Part shown: positions 25,439 through 32,000 of the stretch, piece by piece
Layout: each line of letters begins with the position of its first letter
How positions within the stretch are numbered: position 1 is the stretch's first letter
Source: Holophaga sp.
Lineage (GTDB): Bacteria > Acidobacteriota > Holophagae > Holophagales > Holophagaceae
NCBI GenBank assembly: GCA_049508835.1
Contig: JBELAL010000004.1
Coordinates: 129,420 to 161,419 of the forward strand
Length of the DNA: 32,000 bases
Direction: 5' to 3'
Translations under genes and position numbers: made by a program
Notes under the pieces: generated by a model
Told to the model about the DNA's origin: nothing
The model's database searches: none
Seen by the model: the letters and a program-made list of their open reading frames with translations, nothing else

Positions 25439-25711
25439 ATGAAGCCGAAGATCCACCCCCAGCTGCACGAAGTGATGGTCCACTGCGCCTGCGGCAACGA
25501 GTTCCTCACCCGCTCCACCAAGAAGGAGCTGCGCGTGGAAGTGTGCGCCGCCTGCCATCCGTACTTCACCGGCAAGCAGAAGATGATGGACACCGCCGGC
25601 CGGGTGGAGAAGTTCAACCGCAAGTGGGCCAAGAAGGTCGAAGCCCCCGCCGCGGCCGCTCCCGCCGCCCCCGCCCCCGCCGCGGCCGCTCCCGCCGCCG
25701 ACGCCCAGTAG
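25439..25711 (+). CDS. rpmE: 50S ribosomal protein L31 (Zn-ribbon type A) with an Ala/Pro-rich C-terminal extension
   Basis: [63 protein letters not shown] is collinear with L31 and keeps all four Cys. A GGAGG RBS is present. The 25 or so residue tail is [26 protein letters not shown]. Confidence 0.93.
   Translation: MKPKIHPQLHEVMVHCACGNEFLTRSTKKELRVEVCAACHPYFTGKQKMMDTAGRVEKFNRKWAKKVEAPAAAAPAAPAPAAAAPAADAQ
25643..25699 (+). repeat. Tandem direct repeat (27 nt identical, 30-nt period) inside the 3' end of rpmE
   Basis: 25643-25669 is identical to 25673-25699 (gcccccgccgcggccgctcccgccgcc). It encodes the duplicated APAAAAPAA segment. Confidence 0.85.
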
Positions 25712-25726
25712 CGATGCATTCCCATG

Positions 25727-25759
25727 GGACGGGCCGACCTTCGGCCCGTCCTTTTTTTT
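25727..25759 (+). terminator. Rho-independent terminator after rpmE
   Basis: GGACGGGCCGA-cct-TCGGCCCGTCC forms a perfect 11-bp stem (25727-25751). It is followed by T8 (25752-25759). Confidence 0.85.
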
Positions 25760-25814
25760 AGGGGCCGTTGCCAAGTGGCCCCGCGCCGCGGGGACAATTG
25801 GCTACGGCCCCTTA

Positions 25815-25845
25815 CGCAGTTCCTTGACAACGTCAAGGAACTGCG
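25815..25845. promoter_or_regulatory. Perfect 14-bp inverted repeat (31 bp in total) upstream of prfA
   Basis: CGCAGTTCCTTGAC-aac-GTCAAGGAACTGCG lies 36 nt upstream of the prfA ATG and contains TTGAC on both strands. No U-tract follows, so it is not a classical terminator. Confidence 0.4.
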
Positions 25846-25880
25846 CGATGGATTCCGACCCATCTTGACCCAGGTGAACC

Positions 25881-26954
25881 ATGCTCGACCAGCTTGAATC
25901 CCTCGACGCCCGCTTCCAGGAGATCGAGGCCCAGCTCCAGGAGCCCGCGGTGGTCAGCGACCCCAGGCGGCTGCGGGAGCTGTCCAAGCTGCGCTCGGAG
26001 CTGGAGCCGGTGGTGGAGGCCTGGCACGCCCAGCGCACCCGTCTCAAGCAGCTGGAGGAGGCGGAGGCCATCCTGGCCGACAAGACCATGGACCCGGAGC
26101 TGCGGGAGCTGGCCTCCCTGGAGATCCAGGACCTCAAGGCCGCCATCCAGGAGGGGGAGGCCGGCCTGCGCCGGCTGCTGGTGCCCAGGGACCCCAAGGA
26201 CGCCAAGAACGTCATCCTGGAGGTGCGGGCCGGCACCGGCGGCGAGGAGGCGGCCCTGTTCGCGGCGGAGATCTTCCGGATGTACGTGCGCTTCGCCGAG
26301 CGCAGGGGCTTCAGGGTCAGCATGCTGAGCGAAAGCGAGGCCGAGCAGGGGGGCCTCAAGGAGGTGGTGGCCGAGATCGAGGGCGACGGGGCCTACTCCC
26401 AGTTCCGGTTCGAGAGCGGCGTGCACCGGGTCCAGCGGGTGCCCAAGACCGAGACCCAGGGCCGGATCCACACCTCCGCCTGCACCGTGGCGGTGATGCC
26501 CGAGGCGGAGGAGGTGGACATCGTCATCAACGAGAAGGACCTGCGCATCGACACCTTCTGCTCCGGGGGCAAGGGCGGGCAGAGCGTCAACACCACCTAC
26601 TCGGCGGTGCGCATCACCCACCTGCCCACCAACACGGTGGTGAGCTGCCAGGACGAGCGCAGCCAGAACAAGAACATGGCCAAGGCCATGACCGTGCTGC
26701 GCTCCCGCCTGCTGGAGAAGGCCCAGGGCGAGGCGGACGCCGCCGAGGCCAACCTGCGCAAGTCCCAGGTGGGTTCCGGGGACCGCAGCGAGAAGATCCG
26801 CACCTACAACTTCCCCCAGGGCCGGGTCACCGACCACCGGGTGAACGTGACCATCCACCAGCTGGACGCCTTCATGCAGGGCATGATCGAGCCGATCCTC
26901 GAACCCCTGCGGGCGGCCCACGAAGCGCAGCGCCTGCGCCAGCTGGAGGCGTGA
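25881..26954 (+). CDS. prfA: Peptide chain release factor 1
   Basis: 357 aa. It carries [26 protein letters not shown] (an RF1-type PxT tripeptide region) and the GGQ motif in [23 protein letters not shown]. Confidence 0.95.
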   Translation: MLDQLESLDARFQEIEAQLQEPAVVSDPRRLRELSKLRSELEPVVEAWHAQRTRLKQLEEAEAILADKTMDPELRELASLEIQDLKAAIQEGEAGLRRLLVPRDPKDAKNVILEVRAGTGGEEAALFAAEIFRMYVRFAERRGFRVSMLSESEAEQGGLKEVVAEIEGDGAYSQFRFESGVHRVQRVPKTETQGRIHTSACTVAVMPEAEEVDIVINEKDLRIDTFCSGGKGGQSVNTTYSAVRITHLPTNTVVSCQDERSQNKNMAKAMTVLRSRLLEKAQGEADAAEANLRKSQVGSGDRSEKIRTYNFPQGRVTDHRVNVTIHQLDAFMQGMIEPILEPLRAAHEAQRLRQLEA

Positions 26955-26960
26955 AAGGGG

Positions 26961-27614
26961 CTACCTGGCTTGGACGGTGTCGAACCCGGCCACGTACACG
27001 TCGGTCCCCCGCACCGCCAAGGCCCGGGCCTCGGCGGCCCCGGTCCCGTCGGACAGGGTCGCCAGGAGGGCGCCGTTCTTCCAGACCTTGGCCACCCGGT
27101 TGCCGCCCAGGCACTCGTAGCCCCCGGCGAACACGTCGCCGTCCGCCACCGCCACCGCGCTGGCCTTGGCCCCGCAACGGCCGTCGGTGAGCGCCACCGG
27201 GTCGCCGTTCTTCCAGATCTCCGCCACGTCCACCCGCTCCTCCCCCACCTGCCGGCTCTCGTAGCCGGCCACGTAGACGTCGCCGCCGGCCACCGCCACC
27301 GCCAGGCCTTCGGCGGGGCGGGCCGGATCGGGGGGCGCCGGCAGCACGGCGCCGTTCTTCAGGAGCACGATCCTGCACCGTCCCGCCTTGAACTGGGTTC
27401 CCACCGTGTAGATGTCGCGCCCGCTCACGGCCACCCCGTTGGCCACCAGGCCCGAGGCGGGGTCGGAGAGGGTCAGGAAGTACTTGCCGTTGTGCCAGAC
27501 CCTCGCCACCGGGTTGCCGGGCGGATCCCTCCGCTCCAGGGGACACCCCAGCCCCAGGGACAAGGTCACCGAGAACAAGAGGATGGAGGCTGGGTGGAGC
27601 GACCTCAGGAGCAT
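26961..27614 (-). CDS. Lipoprotein with four tandem repeats of about 45 aa (W[KH]NG ... A[VL]AV.G.D[VI]Y.[AV]G), beta-propeller-like
   Basis: From ATG 27614: MLLRSLHPASILLFSVTLSLGLGC, which contains a lipobox. The repeats are VWHNGKYFLTLSD..ANGVAVSGRDIYTVG, LLKNGAVL...GLAVAVAGGDVYVAGY, IWKNGDPVALTDG...ASAVAVADGDVFAGGY and VWKNGALLATLSDG...ARALAVRGTDVYVAGF. I did not recognise a family name. Confidence 0.7.
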   Translation of the reverse strand: MLLRSLHPASILLFSVTLSLGLGCPLERRDPPGNPVARVWHNGKYFLTLSDPASGLVANGVAVSGRDIYTVGTQFKAGRCRIVLLKNGAVLPAPPDPARPAEGLAVAVAGGDVYVAGYESRQVGEERVDVAEIWKNGDPVALTDGRCGAKASAVAVADGDVFAGGYECLGGNRVAKVWKNGALLATLSDGTGAAEARALAVRGTDVYVAGFDTVQAR

Positions 27615-27762
27615 GGCAAGGAACCTGAAAGCAAAGATAAATAAAACATTAAACCCGTCAAGCTGCACGGACACTGGCCTGTGCCGTTATTTTCCCATCC
27701 GGCCGTCCCATGCCCAGCCGCCCGGTCGCCAGTCCTGGAGGAAAACCGTAGTTCCAGGCAAG

Positions 27763-28740
27763 ATGGGTGGGATCCTGGACCAGCCCATGCCCGCCACCAT
27801 CCATAAGCCCCTCGACATCCTGCTCCAGGAATGCCGCAAGGTCATCGTCGGCCAGCCGCATCTGCTGAACCGCATGCTGGTGGCCCTGCTGGTGCCCGGG
27901 CACGTGCTGCTGGAGGGCCTGCCCGGCCTGGCCAAGACCCGCACGGTGAAGACCCTGGCCGGGGCCAGCCACATGACCTTCCGCCGGGTGCAGTTCACCC
28001 CCGACCTGCTGCCCTCGGACGTGATGGGCACCCTGGTGTTCGATCCCCGCAGCCTCAGCTTCACCCCGCGCAAGGGGCCGGTGTTCGCCAACCTGCTGCT
28101 GGCGGACGAGATCAACCGCGCGCCCAGCAAGGTGCAGTCGGCCCTCCTGGAGGCCATGGAGGAGCGCCAGGTGACCCTGGGCGAGGACAGCTTCCCCCTG
28201 CCCGACCCGTTCCTGGTGCTGGCCACCCAGAACCCCATCGAGCAGGAGGGCACCTTCCCGCTGCCGGAAGCGCAGATGGACCGGTTCTTGTTCAAGCTCA
28301 AGATCGACTACCCCAGCGCCCAGGAGGAGGGCGAGGTGCTGCGCCGGGCCGGGGGCCAGGAACAGCCGGTGCTGCCGGTCATGTCCGGGACGGAGATCCT
28401 GGAGGCCGGGAGGGCGGCCCGGGAGGTGCGCCTGGACGACGCCATCCGCACCTACATCGTGCGCCTGGTCCAGGCCACCCGCCCGGGTCCGGGCCCGGGC
28501 TGGAAGGGGCGGGAGATGCTGCGCTGCGGGGCTTCGCCGAGGGCCTCCCTGGCCCTGCAGGCGGCCTCCAGGGCCCTGGCCTTCCTGGAGGGGCGCGACC
28601 ACGTCCTGCCCGACGACGTGGCCGCCCTGGCCCCCGACGTCCTGCGCCACCGCCTGCTGCTCACCTTCGAGAGCGAGGCGGACGGCGCCACCACCGACGA
28701 GCTCATCAAGGCCCTGCTCGCTTCCACGCCAAGGCCGTGA
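27763..28740 (+). CDS. MoxR-family AAA+ ATPase
   Basis: It carries VIVGQPHLLNRMLVALLVPGHVLLEGLPGLAKT (Walker A), LLADEINRAPSKVQSALLEAMEERQVT (Walker B and sensor) and FLVLATQNPIEQEGTFPLPEAQMDRF. An alternative start lies at 27787. Confidence 0.9.
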   Translation: MGGILDQPMPATIHKPLDILLQECRKVIVGQPHLLNRMLVALLVPGHVLLEGLPGLAKTRTVKTLAGASHMTFRRVQFTPDLLPSDVMGTLVFDPRSLSFTPRKGPVFANLLLADEINRAPSKVQSALLEAMEERQVTLGEDSFPLPDPFLVLATQNPIEQEGTFPLPEAQMDRFLFKLKIDYPSAQEEGEVLRRAGGQEQPVLPVMSGTEILEAGRAAREVRLDDAIRTYIVRLVQATRPGPGPGWKGREMLRCGASPRASLALQAASRALAFLEGRDHVLPDDVAALAPDVLRHRLLLTFESEADGATTDELIKALLASTPRP

Positions 28741-28747
28741 TTCCCTG

Positions 28748-29731
28748 ATGGACAAGCGCGCGGTCACCCTCATCCACACCGGCGGCACCCTGGGCATGGC
28801 GCCCGGGGCGGACACCTCGACCCTCTCGCCGGGGCCGTCCCTGGACCGGATCCTGGAGCAGGTGCCCGAGCTGGAGCAGCTGGCCGACCTGCGCCTAGTG
28901 GTGGCGTTCAACCGGGATTCCAGCACCCTGGAGCCGGAGCACCTCCTGACCCTGGCCCGGCTGGCGCGGGACCATGCCGCCGACGGCGTGGTCCTGGTCC
29001 ACGGCACCGACACCATGGCCTACACCGCCTCGGTGCTGGGCTTCCTGCTGGCGGACCTGGGCAAGCCGGTGGTGCTCACCGGCTCCCAGCGCCCCCTGGC
29101 CTATGTGCGCAGCGACGCCCGCAGCAACCTGGTGGACGCGGTCACCCTGGCCACCCGGGGGGTGGCCGAAGTGGGCATCTGCTTCGGCGACCACTGGCTG
29201 CGCGGGGTGGCCGCGGACAAGGTCAGCGTCTACCAGTACCAGGCCTTCGTCTCGCCCAACCTGCCGCCCCTGGCGGAGCTGGGCCTGCACATCCAGTTCC
29301 ACCCCCACGCCGGCGCCTTCCCCCGCCAGGTGCCCGCCGCGGTGGGTCCGGCGCTGGAGTCGGCGCTGGAGGTGTACACCCCCTTCCCGGGCATGCCCTG
29401 GCGGCTGCCCGCCGAGGACACCCGGGGGGTGCTGGTCCAGGCCTTCGGCGCCGGCAACCTGCCCATGGACCGCCCGGACCTGCGGGCCCTGCTGGCCCAC
29501 TGCCGGGACCGGGGCCTGCCGGTGGTCCTCACCACCCAGTGCCCCTACGGCGGGGTGGACCTGGACACCTACGAGCTGGGGGCCCAGGCCCGGGACCTGG
29601 GCGCCGTCTCCGGGGGCCGGCACACCCGCTGGGCCGCCCTGGCCAAGCTGGCCCTGACCCTGGGCGCCGGCGGCACCACCGAGGACGTGCGCCAGGCCTT
29701 CGCTTGCTCCTGGGCGGGCGAGCCGGCCTAG
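28748..29731 (+). CDS. L-asparaginase, type I (cytoplasmic AnsA-like)
   Basis: It carries TLIHTGGTLGM, VLVHGTDTMAYTAS and VVLTGSQRP. It is 327 aa and starts 7 nt after the moxR-like stop. Confidence 0.85.
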   Translation: MDKRAVTLIHTGGTLGMAPGADTSTLSPGPSLDRILEQVPELEQLADLRLVVAFNRDSSTLEPEHLLTLARLARDHAADGVVLVHGTDTMAYTASVLGFLLADLGKPVVLTGSQRPLAYVRSDARSNLVDAVTLATRGVAEVGICFGDHWLRGVAADKVSVYQYQAFVSPNLPPLAELGLHIQFHPHAGAFPRQVPAAVGPALESALEVYTPFPGMPWRLPAEDTRGVLVQAFGAGNLPMDRPDLRALLAHCRDRGLPVVLTTQCPYGGVDLDTYELGAQARDLGAVSGGRHTRWAALAKLALTLGAGGTTEDVRQAFACSWAGEPA

Positions 29732-31027
<1,296 letters not shown>

Positions 31028-31104
31028 GAATCTCCGACGGCCGGCAATTTTGACGCTTTTTTAATAGCCTGGTCCCAGCCTGGGCGTGGGATAACCATCG
31101 CGCT

Positions 31105-32000
31105 ATGCCCCCTTTGGTCCCCCTCCTCGCCCACGTCGCCTTCTTCGCCCTTCTGGCGGCGGCGGCCGTGCCCCTGGGAACCTGGATCCACCGGGTGATG
31201 GAGCGGCCCGGACCGCCCCTGGGCGGTCCCCTGGGGCGGGCCCTGGGCCGCCTGGAGGCCTGGATCTACCGGACGGCCAGGGTGGATCCGGCCCGCACCA
31301 TGCCCTGGCGGGAATACGCATCGGCGTTCCTGGCCTTCACCGGGTGGGGCGCGCTGGTGCTGTTCCTGCTGCTGATGCTGCAGGGCCGGCTGCCCACCTA
31401 CGATCCGGCGGTGGCCTCCACGCCCATGACCTGGCACCTGGCCCTGAACACGGCGGTCAGCTTCGCCACCACCACCACTTGGCAGGCCTACGCCGGCGAG
31501 ACCACCCTCAGCCACCTGGCCCAGGTGCTGGGGCTGGCGGCCCAGAACTTCCTGGCCGGCGCGGCCGGGCTGGCCACCGGCATGGCCTTCCTGCGCAGCT
31601 TCACCCGCCGGCCCTTGGAAGGGCTGGGCAACTTCCACGCGGACGTCGTGCGGGCGGTGCTCTACCTGCTGCTGCCCATGGCCCTGGCCGGGACCCTGGT
31701 GCTGGTGTGGCAGGGGGTGCCCATGGACTTCGCCCGGGCGGTCCACGCCACGCCCCTGGAAGGCGGCCTGCAGGTGATCGTCCGGGGCCCGGTGGCCACC
31801 CTGGAGATCATCAAGAACCTGGGCACCGCCGGGGGTGGGTTCTTCGGCGCCAACGGCGCCCACCCGTACGCCAACCCGACCCCCCTCACCCAGTTCACGG
31901 GTATGCTGGCCATCGCGTTGGTGCCCGCGGCCCTCACCCACACCTACGGGCGCATGACCCGCAACCCGCGCCACGGCTGGCTATTGTTCTGGGTGATGGC
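31105..32000 (+). CDS. kdpA: Potassium-transporting ATPase subunit A (KdpA). Partial: the 3' end runs off the window.
   Basis: The gene is absent from the ORF track because no stop codon lies in the window. My own translation from ATG 31105 stays open to the window end. It reads MPPLVPLLAHVAFFALLAAAAVPLGTWIHRVM...LALNTAVSFATTTTWQAYAGETTLSHLAQ...IIKNLGTAGGGFFGANGAHPYANPTPLT. These are the KdpA selectivity-filter-like signatures (NT..SF.TNTNWQ.Y.GE and LGTNGGGFF.AN.AHP.ENPT). Confidence 0.9.
   Translation, partial: MPPLVPLLAHVAFFALLAAAAVPLGTWIHRVMERPGPPLGGPLGRALGRLEAWIYRTARVDPARTMPWREYASAFLAFTGWGALVLFLLLMLQGRLPTYDPAVASTPMTWHLALNTAVSFATTTTWQAYAGETTLSHLAQVLGLAAQNFLAGAAGLATGMAFLRSFTRRPLEGLGNFHADVVRAVLYLLLPMALAGTLVLVWQGVPMDFARAVHATPLEGGLQVIVRGPVATLEIIKNLGTAGGGFFGANGAHPYANPTPLTQFTGMLAIALVPAALTHTYGRMTRNPRHGWLLFWVM

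Noticed and set aside
25381-25863. Minus-strand ORFs antisense to rpmE (25340-25774 and 25381-25863), rich in Gly/Ala
   Set aside because: They mirror the GC-rich Ala/Pro repeat of rpmE. The rpmE frame is unambiguous and is followed by a textbook terminator on the plus strand.
31028-31104. Looked for a kdpF micro-ORF and a serS terminator between serS and kdpA
   Set aside because: There is no hydrophobic ORF of about 25-30 aa and no convincing stem-loop plus U-tract. Only a short TTTTTT run without a stable preceding hairpin is present.

Overview
High-G+C window (about two-thirds G+C by eye, not computed) from a diderm bacterium, with about 24 protein-coding genes. I saw no rRNA, tRNA, CRISPR array, transposase or integrase.

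(1) Positions 1-7233, minus strand. This block holds a partial fused ResB/CcsA-type cytochrome c maturation gene and a ComEA-like HhH gene. Next comes a tightly packed operon: porin-like beta-barrel, then a 5-heme cytochrome, then a 5(+1)-heme lipoprotein, then a 961-aa decaheme MtrC/OmcA-like lipoprotein. I read this operon as a porin-cytochrome type extracellular electron transfer module. It is preceded by an unusual AT-rich non-coding region of about 750 bp.

(2) Positions 8581-17460, plus strand. Two different glutamate dehydrogenase genes are each followed by a giant (910 aa and about 1005-1017 aa) paralogous protein. Each paralog has a PEP/pyruvate-binding (PPDK_N, ATP-grasp) core, a different N-terminal sensor module (GAF-like versus receiver domains) and a shared unusual C-terminal module. 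This duplicated cassette is the best candidate here for an undescribed system.

(3) Positions 17461-32000. Housekeeping genes (uppP, guanine deaminase, 3-methyladenine glycosylase, rpmE, prfA, serS, partial kdpA) are interspersed with accessory-looking genes. These are a DUF4143 AAA ATPase, a dienelactone hydrolase translationally coupled to an orphan anSME-like radical SAM/SPASM enzyme, a low-G+C class II Fic protein behind a perfect 14-bp inverted repeat, a repeat lipoprotein, and MoxR coupled to an asparaginase.

Many long ORFs in the track are antisense shadow ORFs typical of high-G+C DNA and were rejected. Taxonomic origin cannot be determined from the sequence alone. The gene content fits a metal-respiring anaerobe.
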